From an uncultured Thermodesulfobacteriota bacterium (GTDB lineage: Bacteria; Desulfobacterota; DSWW01), in contig CAYZMM010000035.1 of assembly GCA_964479535.1 (NCBI GenBank), positions 159-64,158 of the forward strand: DNA of 64,000 bases. Reading direction: 5' to 3'. Numbering within the stretch: position 1 is the first letter of the stretch; the number at the start of each line of letters is the position of its first letter. Positions 18,285 to 27,330 of the stretch are shown here, piece after piece. The notes beneath the pieces were generated by a model. That model saw only the letters and a program-made list of their open reading frames with translations. It searched no databases and was not told where the DNA came from. Both the position numbers and the translations under genes were made by a program.

Positions 18285-19712
18285 TCACCCCCGGTCTCTG
18301 TTCATGGACTCGAGCATCTTCCTCAACTCGATCGCCTTCGAAGCTCCTTCATCGGTGTTCATGAGGTTCCTCTTCTGAAGCGGATCCCTCTCCATGTCGT
18401 AGAGTTCGGATTTCAGCCGGCCTTCGTACTCGATGTACATGTATTTCCCGGTTCGGACCCCCTTCGTGGGGGGAACCCTGTACGGAAAGTCCTTGAAGTA
18501 CTCGTACAGAAACGCATCCCTCCCAGGCGCGGATGCCGAGCGAAGGATGGGCAGGAAGCTTGCTCCCTCCATGTCTCCGGGAATCGGCACCCCGGCAGCC
18601 TCCAGAAACGTCGGGGCCACGTCGATGTTCAGAACCATCTGTTCCGCCCGCCTCCCCGAATCCGGGATCACCCCCGGGAACCGAACGATGAAGGGCACCC
18701 GGATCGAATCGTCGTAGGGCCATCTGCCCGTTCCGAACAACTCGTGCTCACCCCAGAAGAAGCCGTTGTCTCCCGCAAAAACCACCAGGGTGTTCTCCGT
18801 CACGCCGAGTGCGTCCAGACGGTCCAGGAGGCGCCCGAGTTGCTCGTCCAGGGCTACGATGGTGCGGCAGTAGTCTCGGTAGAGTTGGGATGCGAATCCC
18901 TGGTTCGTCCCCTCGAACAGATGCCCCCGGGTCACCGGGATCCAGGGGTCGAAGCCCTCCGGAAAGGGAGGCTTCTCGCCCTCGTAAAGGTTCGTCAAAT
19001 GAGCAGGTGGCGTCCAGCGGTGGTGGACCGCCTTGTGAGCGAGATAGAGGCAGAACGGGGCATCCCGCTCCTTCTCGATGAATTCGATCGCGTGGTCGGT
19101 CAGCTCCTCTGTTATGTAAGGCTTGCGGGACGGCGTCTCCTCCCCGTTGACGATGAGCGGACAGTTCACGTATCTGCCCTGCCCCCCCTGAAGGGTAAAG
19201 GTGATGAAGGGGTCCACGTCCTTCAACTCCGGCAGCTTGCCCGGCATGTGCCATTTCCCGATGAAGGCCGTTTCGTAGCCGGCATCCTCGAGCATTTCGA
19301 GAAAGGTTCGATGGCTCCCATCCCAGGGCGTGAAATTGTTCCGGACCCCGTGGGTGTGAGCGTACTTCCCCGTGAGGAAGCTGGCCCTGCTCGGGCTGCA
19401 GAGCGAGGTCGTGACGAAGGCGTTGACGAACTGCACACCCCCCCGTGCCAGGCGGTCCATGTTCGGTGTCTCGAGGAAGGGATGTCCGGCGCAACCCATG
19501 AACTTGTAGTTCTGGTTGTCACTGAGAACGAATACGATGTTTGGTCTTTCCCCCGGCGAGCGGCTTGCCGCCGACGCGTGGGCCCCAAAAGACGGGAGGA
19601 AACAGACGGCCGTGACACCCAGCAGAAGCCCGCACAAATGCCTCTTCCAGCCTCTGTGCTTCCCCCTGCCCGTTCCACGCCGCGCTTGAAACAGGGCTTC
19701 CAACGGTCCCAT
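18285..19712 (-). CDS. Cys-type sulfatase (likely exported)
   Basis: PNIVFVLSD, CSPSRASFLTG, GKWH, GDNG. Confidence 0.9.
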   Translation of the reverse strand: MGPLEALFQARRGTGRGKHRGWKRHLCGLLLGVTAVCFLPSFGAHASAASRSPGERPNIVFVLSDNQNYKFMGCAGHPFLETPNMDRLARGGVQFVNAFVTTSLCSPSRASFLTGKYAHTHGVRNNFTPWDGSHRTFLEMLEDAGYETAFIGKWHMPGKLPELKDVDPFITFTLQGGQGRYVNCPLIVNGEETPSRKPYITEELTDHAIEFIEKERDAPFCLYLAHKAVHHRWTPPAHLTNLYEGEKPPFPEGFDPWIPVTRGHLFEGTNQGFASQLYRDYCRTIVALDEQLGRLLDRLDALGVTENTLVVFAGDNGFFWGEHELFGTGRWPYDDSIRVPFIVRFPGVIPDSGRRAEQMVLNIDVAPTFLEAAGVPIPGDMEGASFLPILRSASAPGRDAFLYEYFKDFPYRVPPTKGVRTGKYMYIEYEGRLKSELYDMERDPLQKRNLMNTDEGASKAIELRKMLESMNRDRG

Positions 19713-19915
19713 GTCCCCATCCTCCTCGACCCGCACGCCTGAAGGGTGCGGCCTTGTGATAGCATGCCTGCCAGCCGAATCGTATCCTTGGAGACGCCAA
19801 TCTACGGCGACCGGATCGGCGATGTCAATCGCGCCCCGGGGGGGGCCGATTTGAGGAATTCTACGTTTTTGATAATATAAAACAAAGAGAACAAAGGCGC
19901 AGGAGATACGGTTCG

Positions 19916-21280
19916 ATGAAGAAGCCCAGCATTGCCATCCTGGGGACAGGTTACGTGGGCCTGGTCGCGGCGGCCGTCTTCGCCGATCGAGGCTTCCAGG
20001 TAATCACCTCGAGTCAGGATGAACCGAAGGTCGAGCGGATCAACCAGGGGAAGGCCCCCTTCTTCGAGGAGGGTCTGGACCCTCTGGTGGAGAAGACGGT
20101 CAGGGAGGGGACGCTCAAGGCCGTGTGCGGAAGAGAAGAGGCGGTGCTGGCATCCGACATCCTCTTCATCGCCGTTGGCACGCCCAGCCTGATGAGCGGC
20201 GAGGCGGATCTGCGTCTGATCAAGGAGACGGCGCAGGCCATCGGAACGGCACTCAAAGAGAAGGACGAATACACCCTCGTCGTGACCCGCAGCACCGTTG
20301 TCCCGAGCACCACCCGACATCTCGTCCTGCCTCTGCTGGAGCAGCATTCCGGGAAGAAGGCCGGCACGGACTTCGGCGTCTGCATGAGTCCGGAGTTCCT
20401 TCGACAGGGCGCCGCCGTCCGGGATACCCAGTCCCCGGACAGTGTGGTCATAGGCGAACTGGACGCCCGTTCCGGCGACACCCTCGAGGACTTCTCCAAC
20501 CAGGTCTACGCGGGACAGGACGTGCGGGTCCTTCGCATGAACCTGGAAAGCGCCGAGATGGTGAAGTACGGGCGGAACACATTCCTCGCCATGAACATCT
20601 CCTTTGCGAACGAAATGGCTCGACTCGCCGAGACGATCGCCGGGGTGGATATCGAACAGGTCGTACGGGGCGTGGGTGCCGACTGGCGGATCAATCCAGC
20701 CTTCCTGAACGCAGGGTGCGGTTACGGAGGTTCTTGCTTCCCGAAGGACGTCAAGGCGTTGATCTCTTTTGCCCGGACCCGCGGCGTAGAGCCTCAGCTT
20801 CTCGAGGCAGTGGAAGAAGTCAACGAGCAGCAGGCGGCCCACATGGTGGCCATCGCCCGGCAGGAGATGTCCGGAACGCTCAAGGGCAAGAGGTTCGCCC
20901 TCCTCGGCCTCTCTTTCAAGCCGGGCACGGATGACATGCGGGAAGCGCCCTCCATCAAGATCGCGAATCACCTATACGCTCACGAGGCCGAAATCGTCGC
21001 TTATGACCCGAAATCGATTCGGAATGCCCGGGAGCGATTCATCGGCGACACGATCGAGATCTCTTATGCGGACACCGTCGAAGCGTGCCTGCAGGACGCG
21101 GAATGCTGCATGATCCTGACCGAGTGGGAGGAGTTCAGGACCTTGTCGGCAGAGATCTTCAACCGACGCATGAAGCGTTCCTTCATCATCGACGGAAGAA
21201 GGGTCTTCGACGAGAGCGTCCGAAACGCAGTGGCGGTCTACAGGGGGATCGGGCTCGGCGCTCAGAGGCCGCCCGCCTGA
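19916..21280 (+). CDS. ugd: UDP-glucose 6-dehydrogenase family
   Basis: GTGYVG, IAVGTP, PEFLRQG, GYGGSCFPKD, GLSFKPGTDDMREAP. Confidence 0.9.
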   Translation: MKKPSIAILGTGYVGLVAAAVFADRGFQVITSSQDEPKVERINQGKAPFFEEGLDPLVEKTVREGTLKAVCGREEAVLASDILFIAVGTPSLMSGEADLRLIKETAQAIGTALKEKDEYTLVVTRSTVVPSTTRHLVLPLLEQHSGKKAGTDFGVCMSPEFLRQGAAVRDTQSPDSVVIGELDARSGDTLEDFSNQVYAGQDVRVLRMNLESAEMVKYGRNTFLAMNISFANEMARLAETIAGVDIEQVVRGVGADWRINPAFLNAGCGYGGSCFPKDVKALISFARTRGVEPQLLEAVEEVNEQQAAHMVAIARQEMSGTLKGKRFALLGLSFKPGTDDMREAPSIKIANHLYAHEAEIVAYDPKSIRNARERFIGDTIEISYADTVEACLQDAECCMILTEWEEFRTLSAEIFNRRMKRSFIIDGRRVFDESVRNAVAVYRGIGLGAQRPPA

Positions 21281-21303
21281 ATTCGCATGTCGGCCGAGGC
21301 CTC

Positions 21304-22206
21304 CTACTGCGAGGGGGCCTTCATCCATGTGTAGCCGATCAGCTTGTACACCAGACGGGCCAGGGTGAAGTCCGCATGGTGCATTCCTTCGATGGGAGAG
21401 AACTCCGACAGATCGAACCCGACGACCGTCTTCTCGGTGCAAACCCTGCGCAAGAAACGGATCGTCTCGTACCAGAGGAGCCCACCCGGTTCCGGCGTAC
21501 CCACCGAAGGGATGATCGAGGGATCGAAGAAATCGCTGTCGATCGAAATGTACACCTTTTCCCTCAGATCCCCGAGCACGCGATCTTCCCAGTCCGGCAT
21601 TTCGCCTGTCTTGATCTTCTGTGCATAGTAGGTCTGCACGTTCCGCGTCCGGTCGTACAGAACCTCCTCCTGGCTGTGGCTTCGGATGCCCACTTGCACC
21701 AGCGACCGGATGAACTCGAGGGCACGGGCCATGACCGAAGCGTGACTGTAGGGGTCGCCCAGGTAGGAATCGCGCAGATCCCTGTGAGCATCCAGCTGCA
21801 ACACGCTCAGCTCGTCCCCGTGCCGACTGTGGAAGGCCCGGATCGGACCCAGGCTGCTCGTGTGCTCCCCGCCGAGACAGATGACGAACTTGCCCAGGTC
21901 CAGCAGGCTGCTGACGGCCCGGCGAATCCGGTCGACCGCCTCGGGCGCCGATTCCGTGAGGAACTGCATCGGCTCGAGCGTGGCGATCCCTCCGCACAAA
22001 CGGTAGATTTCCTTGCCGATCTCTTCGTCATACTCCTCGAGTTGGGAAGAAGCCTCGAGGAGGGCCTTGGGCCCCCGGAAGGCACCTCGCACGTAGCTGG
22101 AGGTTCTCTCGTACGGCAGTGGAAGGATGACGACCCCCGCTTGTTCCAGGTCCCCCTCCTCGCCCCGGAGATCCAGGAATCTCGGCCCGGCGCTTCTCGA
22201 TTTCAT
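21304..22206 (-). CDS. speB: agmatinase
   Basis: GGEH, DAHRD, SIDSDFFDP, GTPEPGG. Confidence 0.88.
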   Translation of the reverse strand: MKSRSAGPRFLDLRGEEGDLEQAGVVILPLPYERTSSYVRGAFRGPKALLEASSQLEEYDEEIGKEIYRLCGGIATLEPMQFLTESAPEAVDRIRRAVSSLLDLGKFVICLGGEHTSSLGPIRAFHSRHGDELSVLQLDAHRDLRDSYLGDPYSHASVMARALEFIRSLVQVGIRSHSQEEVLYDRTRNVQTYYAQKIKTGEMPDWEDRVLGDLREKVYISIDSDFFDPSIIPSVGTPEPGGLLWYETIRFLRRVCTEKTVVGFDLSEFSPIEGMHHADFTLARLVYKLIGYTWMKAPSQ

Positions 22207-22227
22207 CGCCTCTCTCTCCTATTCCTC

Positions 22228-22253
22228 GTGTTGTGTCCCAGAAATACCTTTAC
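22228..22253 (+). repeat. isolated MITE/IS-end-like repeat, copy 2
   Basis: 25/26 identity to 4292-4317. Confidence 0.7.
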
Positions 22254-22303
22254 GGGGCTTGCTCTCTCCTTGGGGCAACCGCTTCGGCAGTTGGGGGGAG
22301 ATC

Positions 22304-22372
22304 GGGGACAGCCACCGATTTCCTCTCTGCGCCAACCGTCCATCCGGGCTGAGGAAATCGGTGGCTGTCCCC
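22304..22372. repeat. REP-like perfect 22-bp inverted repeat
   Basis: GGGGACAGCCACCGATTTCCTC-25 nt-GAGGAAATCGGTGGCTGTCCCC. Confidence 0.8.
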
Positions 22373-22470
22373 CAATTACGCCCCATATTCCTTGCGATTC
22401 GAGTAGATTGAATGGTAACAAGGTACTCAAATCCGCCGCCTTTTCCAAGACGCGATCACGAACCGGCAAC

Positions 22471-23313
22471 ATGACCTCTTCGCAACCTCTCCACAGACGT
22501 TCCGCAGGGAAGCGACCCCTTTGGGTCGTCGACCTGGGCAGACAGGCTTACGAGAAGTCGTGGGGCCTCCAGAAGCGTCTCGCGCGAGCCCGTCGGGAGG
22601 ATCGAATCCCGGACGTCCTGCTTCTTCTGGAACACGACCCGGTGTTCACCATGGGCATACGGGGGCGTTCGGAGAGCCTCTTGCTGACACCCGAGGCCCT
22701 CCTTGCAAGGGGCATGGCCTGCATCGAGACCGAACGGGGTGGGGATGTCACCTATCACGGTCCCGGACAGTTGGTGGGGTATCCGATTGTGAGCGTCCCC
22801 GGAGGGGGCAGGCGCGTACATGCGCTGGTCGGGGGGTTCGAAGAGGTGATGCTGCAGACGCTGGCGCGCTTCGGGGTGGAGGCGACGCGAGATCCGGATC
22901 ACCCGGGTGTCTGGGTCGGCCGAGCGAAGATCGGTTCGGTCGGACTCGCCGTTCGGCAGGGAATCTCGTTCCACGGTTTCTCGCTGAATGTGGACATGGA
23001 TCTCACGCCCTTCTCCTGGATCCATACGTGCGGACACCGGGATCTCAAGGTCACGTCCCTGCGTGACGAGATTGGAGACGGCGTTTCCTTGCACGACCTG
23101 AAGGGGGGGGTCGCCGCTCTCTTTGTGGAGACATTGAGCTACCGGCACTGCATGCCGGCCGGAGGTCTGGGGCCGGAGGTGACGGCCCTGGGCCTGCCTG
23201 CCCTGGAAGAGCGCTTCCTTCGCTACAGGGAGAACCACTCCGGCTGGATCGAACCCGAGGCGGCCACAGAGGCTGAAACGGGGAAGGGCCCGCCGGTCCT
23301 TCAGCCGAGGTAG
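22471..23313 (+). CDS. lipB: lipoyl(octanoyl) transferase
   Basis: LEHDPVFTMG, RGGDVTYHGPGQLVGYPI, KIGSVG, HGFSLN. Confidence 0.9.
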   Translation: MTSSQPLHRRSAGKRPLWVVDLGRQAYEKSWGLQKRLARARREDRIPDVLLLLEHDPVFTMGIRGRSESLLLTPEALLARGMACIETERGGDVTYHGPGQLVGYPIVSVPGGGRRVHALVGGFEEVMLQTLARFGVEATRDPDHPGVWVGRAKIGSVGLAVRQGISFHGFSLNVDMDLTPFSWIHTCGHRDLKVTSLRDEIGDGVSLHDLKGGVAALFVETLSYRHCMPAGGLGPEVTALGLPALEERFLRYRENHSGWIEPEAATEAETGKGPPVLQPR

Positions 23314-24389
23314 CGCTCCCCCTCGGTGCGCACCACCTCATCCGACCCGAAGATGACCGAGATCAGGGAGGCGCGCGTCCACATGCCGTTTCGTTCCTGC
23401 CTCCAGTACATGGCCCTTGGATCCTTGTCCACCGCCACGTCGACCTCTCCGCGTCGCGGCAGGGGATGCATGATGACCGCATCCTCCTTCATCCTCGCAA
23501 GGTCTTTCTTTGCCAGCGAGAACTCTTCGTACTGGGACTCGGACTTCCCCTCCGTGTCGTGCTCGTCCTGGATACGCGTCATGTAGATCGCATCCGCTCG
23601 ACCGAGCAGAGGGATGAGGGAATCGTGCTCCTCAAAGGAGATGCTCTGACCGGCAAGGAAATCCTTGATGTCCTCTCCGATCTGGAAGGCGGGGGGGGCG
23701 GCGAAGAGGAGCCGCACGCCGGGATAGTTCTTCATCAGGTAGCTCAAAGAGCGGACGGTCCTCCCCCTCTTCAGGTCGCCCACCAGGGCAATGACCTTGC
23801 CTTCGATACCCCCGCGGTCTTCGAACGATCGCTGCAGTGTGTACACGTCCAGCAGTGCCTGTGTCGGGTGCTGGTCACTCCCCGAACCCGCGTTGATCAA
23901 GGGAACCGGCCGGTCCGCATAGACGTTCAACAGCCAGGCGGTCTTCTCTGCGAATCCCTCCCGGGGGTGGCGCATGATGATGAGATCCACATAGCTGCTG
24001 AAGGTTCGAATCGAGTCCTCCGGAGACTCGCCCTTGATCTCAGAGGACGTGTTCGGATCACGGATCTCGCTGGTGTGGAAGCCGAGGATATGGCACGCAT
24101 TCAGGAAGGAGAGAAAGGTCCGCGTCGAGGGCTGCACGAAGTAGAGCATGGCCCTGCGGTGCCGGTGGAGCTCCTGCAGCCACCGCGCCCCCTCACTGGA
24201 CTTGGCGATCTTTCGTATTCGGTTGGTCAGATCGTAGAGGCGATCCAGAAAAGGACGATCAAACTGCTGGGAGAAAAGGACGTCAAAGATCCTGCCGTTC
24301 CTGAAGAAGACGGGCAGCCTCTCCCCGAGAGGCCGGTTCTTGAATTCCTCCCATCCCTCGAAGTGCTGAGAAAACAAATACTTCTGCAT
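23301..24389 (-). CDS. pyrB: aspartate carbamoyltransferase
   Basis: PSTRT, KGES, HPTQALLD, GDLKRGRTVRS, TRIQ, HPLPR. Confidence 0.92.
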   Translation of the reverse strand: MQKYLFSQHFEGWEEFKNRPLGERLPVFFRNGRIFDVLFSQQFDRPFLDRLYDLTNRIRKIAKSSEGARWLQELHRHRRAMLYFVQPSTRTFLSFLNACHILGFHTSEIRDPNTSSEIKGESPEDSIRTFSSYVDLIIMRHPREGFAEKTAWLLNVYADRPVPLINAGSGSDQHPTQALLDVYTLQRSFEDRGGIEGKVIALVGDLKRGRTVRSLSYLMKNYPGVRLLFAAPPAFQIGEDIKDFLAGQSISFEEHDSLIPLLGRADAIYMTRIQDEHDTEGKSESQYEEFSLAKKDLARMKEDAVIMHPLPRRGEVDVAVDKDPRAMYWRQERNGMWTRASLISVIFGSDEVVRTEGERYLG

Positions 24390-24541
24390 TCACCCTCCCC
24401 GGATGTCCCACCATCGTCTCTTGACAGACTACGCTAATCGAAGCGTACCCGTTCGTCAAGCGAAAACCTCCCCCTCTCGGCACAAAAATTTCTTAATTAA
24501 TCCAAACACTTGACAATCCCCTCCCCACTTTCGGGCTTGCA

Positions 24542-24585
24542 TTGACAAGCATATGGGTAAACAGTAATCTACATTACATGTAATG
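24542..24585 (+). promoter_or_regulatory. sigma70 promoter with palindromic operator (candidate PadR site)
   Basis: TTGACA-17 nt-TAATCT followed by the perfect palindrome CATTACATGTAATG (24572-24585). Confidence 0.6.
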
Positions 24586-24652
24586 CATATTCCCGAGGCT
24601 GGGAAACCGCGCTGCCGCAGAAAGCGGCGTTTATCGACCAAGGAGGTAAGAC

Positions 24653-25210
24653 TTGTCCCTGCGTCATGTCCTGCTGGGCCTGCTTTCGGAACATCCCGGT
24701 CACGGGTACGGCCTCAGGAAGCGGATCGTGCACCGGCTGGGCCATTTCCGGAACATCAATGAGGGCCAGCTCTACACCCAGCTGGCCAAGATGGAGGAAG
24801 AAGGGCTGATCGAGCGGGAGCTCGTCGTACCGGACAGGGGACCGGCCCGAAAGAATCTCCACATCACGCCAAAGGGGAAAGAGGCCTTCCTGAATTGGCT
24901 CCGATCGGACCAGTACGAGGGCGACTCGGTCCTCTACGATTTCATGCACGGGTACGCCTTCTTCTCCAAGGTCAATTTCTTTCGGCATCTGGATCCGGAA
25001 GAGGCCTGCGAGAAGGTCCGCGCCCAGATCCTCCTCACGAGGGAGAAGAAGAAGACCTACGAAGAGATCCTTTCGCAGATGGAACGGCGAGGGGCGGACC
25101 CCTTCAGGATCCGGATCCTCACCTTCGGACTGCGAGAGCTCGACAGCCGAATCGAGTGGCTGACCGAGCTCGAGGAGGATCTGGCACGCAACCGAAAGGA
25201 GGCCATGTGA
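24653..25210 (+). CDS. PadR family transcriptional regulator
   Basis: LRHVLLGLL...HGYGL...GQLY..L.KME.EGLI...ITPKG; TTG start with AGGAGG. Confidence 0.9.
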   Translation: MSLRHVLLGLLSEHPGHGYGLRKRIVHRLGHFRNINEGQLYTQLAKMEEEGLIERELVVPDRGPARKNLHITPKGKEAFLNWLRSDQYEGDSVLYDFMHGYAFFSKVNFFRHLDPEEACEKVRAQILLTREKKKTYEEILSQMERRGADPFRIRILTFGLRELDSRIEWLTELEEDLARNRKEAM

Positions 25211-25212
25211 AG

Positions 25213-26346
25213 ATGAACCCGGCGGAGATCCACACCTTTGCCCGGAACGAAGTCTTCACCACCCTGGCGGATCGTTACCAGGGGCGAACCTTCTCCCGCG
25301 ATCTTTGGAAGAAGATGGCCCGGGAGGGCCTTTTCGGGCTGCTCACCCCTCCCCGCTTCGGCGGCTCCGACCAGGGCCCCATGGCGCTCATCGAAGCGAT
25401 CGAGGCCTTCATGCAGGGTGGGCAGGATCTCGGACTGTGCCTCTCCTGGCTGGACCACCTGCTGATTCATACCCACGTGATCTCCCGGTTCGGCTCCGAG
25501 CAGCAGAAGCGGAAATATCTGCCGGGGCTGGTCACGGGAGAACGGATCGGCGCCCTGGCAGCTTCGGAACCGGGAACAGGGGCCCATCCGGTGAAGATGA
25601 AGGCGAGTGCGGAGAAGCGGAACGGGACGTTCCGCCTCACCGCTCACAAGCTCTTCATCACCAACGGCCCCGTGGCAGATTCGATCATCGTCCTTGCCCG
25701 AACCGGACCCGCGCCTGGAAAGGACGGCATCTCCGCCTTGATCTTCGATACACGCTCTCCCGGCTTTCGGGTCAAGCAGAAGATGGACTTCGGGTACCTG
25801 CATACCTCGCCCCACGGGGAACTCCTCTTCGAGGATTGTGTCGTGCCGGCCGAGGATCTTCTGGGTGACCTCGGAGACGGCCACGTTCGCATATCGCGGG
25901 CGGTCTTCGGCTGGGAACGCTTCATGGGCATGGTGACCCTCACGGCCCATTTCCGTCTGATCCTGGACCGGACGATCCGGCTGCTCTCCGATTCCGGTTC
26001 ACCCATGGATGAGAAGGTCAGGCGTCTCGTTGCCGAGCTTCACATCACCCTGGAAGGCCTCGGCGAGTTTGCTCGAGGGCTGGCCTGCGAGGTCATCGAA
26101 CGGACCGACCTGGACAGACGTCTCACCGAACGTCTCCTGTTCACGGTCGGCCTGCTGACAGAATGGTGGGAACTCTTTGAACGGATACGGCAGGGCCTTG
26201 CCGAGAATCTACCCTTTCCCCTGGGAATCCTTCTTCAGGATGCACGCCTGCTCACGGTAAGCGGCCAGCTGTACGAACTCCAGAAATCCCGCGTCGCCGC
26301 GAATCTGCTCGAGGGAGTGCCAAAGCCAAAGGGGAATTCCGCTTAG
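25213..26346 (+). CDS. acyl-CoA dehydrogenase family protein with divergent C-terminus
   Basis: GSEQQK.KYLP, ALAASEPGTG, KLFITNGPVAD, L.FEDC.VP. Confidence 0.8.
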   Translation: MNPAEIHTFARNEVFTTLADRYQGRTFSRDLWKKMAREGLFGLLTPPRFGGSDQGPMALIEAIEAFMQGGQDLGLCLSWLDHLLIHTHVISRFGSEQQKRKYLPGLVTGERIGALAASEPGTGAHPVKMKASAEKRNGTFRLTAHKLFITNGPVADSIIVLARTGPAPGKDGISALIFDTRSPGFRVKQKMDFGYLHTSPHGELLFEDCVVPAEDLLGDLGDGHVRISRAVFGWERFMGMVTLTAHFRLILDRTIRLLSDSGSPMDEKVRRLVAELHITLEGLGEFARGLACEVIERTDLDRRLTERLLFTVGLLTEWWELFERIRQGLAENLPFPLGILLQDARLLTVSGQLYELQKSRVAANLLEGVPKPKGNSA

Positions 26347-26391
26347 GCGGTCGAGGAGGTCCCTGGCGACTCCCCAAAGGGAGGAGGGAAG

Positions 26392-27315
26392 ATGTTCGAC
26401 TCGTTTCAGGAGGTTCAGGAGCGCTTCGACTCGGAGCAGTACATCTGCAGCCAGGAAGCTGCAACCGTGGTGTATCTTGCCTGCAGGATGCAGAGGCCGC
26501 TGCTCGTAGAGGGGCCGGCGGGCGTGGGCAAGACCGATCTCGCCAAGGTCCTGGCCGCTTCTCAGGGAATGAACCTCATACGTCTGCAGTGCTACGAGGG
26601 CCTGGACGAAACAAAGGCACTCTATGAGTGGGAGTATTCCAAACAGCTTCTGTATACTCAGATACTGAAGGACAAGATCGCCCAGACGCTTCAGGAAGCG
26701 AGCACCCTGTCCGAGGCCGTGGAGACCGTCTCGACCGAGGAGGATGCCTTCTTCTCGGAGCGCTTCCTCGTGGCCCGGCCTCTTCTGAAGGCGATTCTGT
26801 CCGAAGAGCTCACGGTGCTTCTTATCGACGAGGTGGACAAGTCTGACCCGGAGTTCGAGGCCTTTCTGCTCGAGGTGCTGAGCGACTTCCAGGTGAGCAT
26901 TCCGGAAATCGGAACCCTGAAGGCCAGGCACATCCCCCTGGTCGTGCTCACCAGCAACAACAGCCGCGAGTTGAGCGACGCCCTCAAGCGCAGATGCTTC
27001 TACCTCTACCTCGATTTCCCCTCTACGGAACAGGAGGCGGCCATTCTGAGGAAGAAGGTGCCGGACCTCGACGACAGACTCGTCCTTCAGGTCTCCGAGG
27101 CGGTCGAATCGATCCGAAAGATGGATCTGAAGAAGCCGCCCAGCATCGGTGAAAGCCTGGACTGGGCCAAGGCCCTCGTCCTGCTCAACGCGGACCGGCT
27201 CGCAGCGGAAACGGTACGGCTCACGCTGCCCACCCTGATCAAGTACCCGGCGGATCGGGACAGGGTGCTCAAGGACATGGGCAGGGTCCTCCCCCGGGAG
27301 CGGGAAGAGAACTGA
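26392..27315 (+). CDS. MoxR AAA+ ATPase, CoxD-like
   Basis: EGPAGVGKT, RLQCYEGLD, LIDEVDK, LTSN..RELSDALKRRC. Confidence 0.92.
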   Translation: MFDSFQEVQERFDSEQYICSQEAATVVYLACRMQRPLLVEGPAGVGKTDLAKVLAASQGMNLIRLQCYEGLDETKALYEWEYSKQLLYTQILKDKIAQTLQEASTLSEAVETVSTEEDAFFSERFLVARPLLKAILSEELTVLLIDEVDKSDPEFEAFLLEVLSDFQVSIPEIGTLKARHIPLVVLTSNNSRELSDALKRRCFYLYLDFPSTEQEAAILRKKVPDLDDRLVLQVSEAVESIRKMDLKKPPSIGESLDWAKALVLLNADRLAAETVRLTLPTLIKYPADRDRVLKDMGRVLPREREEN

Positions 27316-27330
27316 CCCTGCAACGGACGG

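Noticed and set aside
17667-19742. 691-aa plus-strand ORF
   Set aside because: Antisense shadow of the sulfatase and membrane protein
21085-22470. Long N-terminal extension of lipB
   Set aside because: Antisense to speB and runs through repeat DNA; LipB homology starts near 22471
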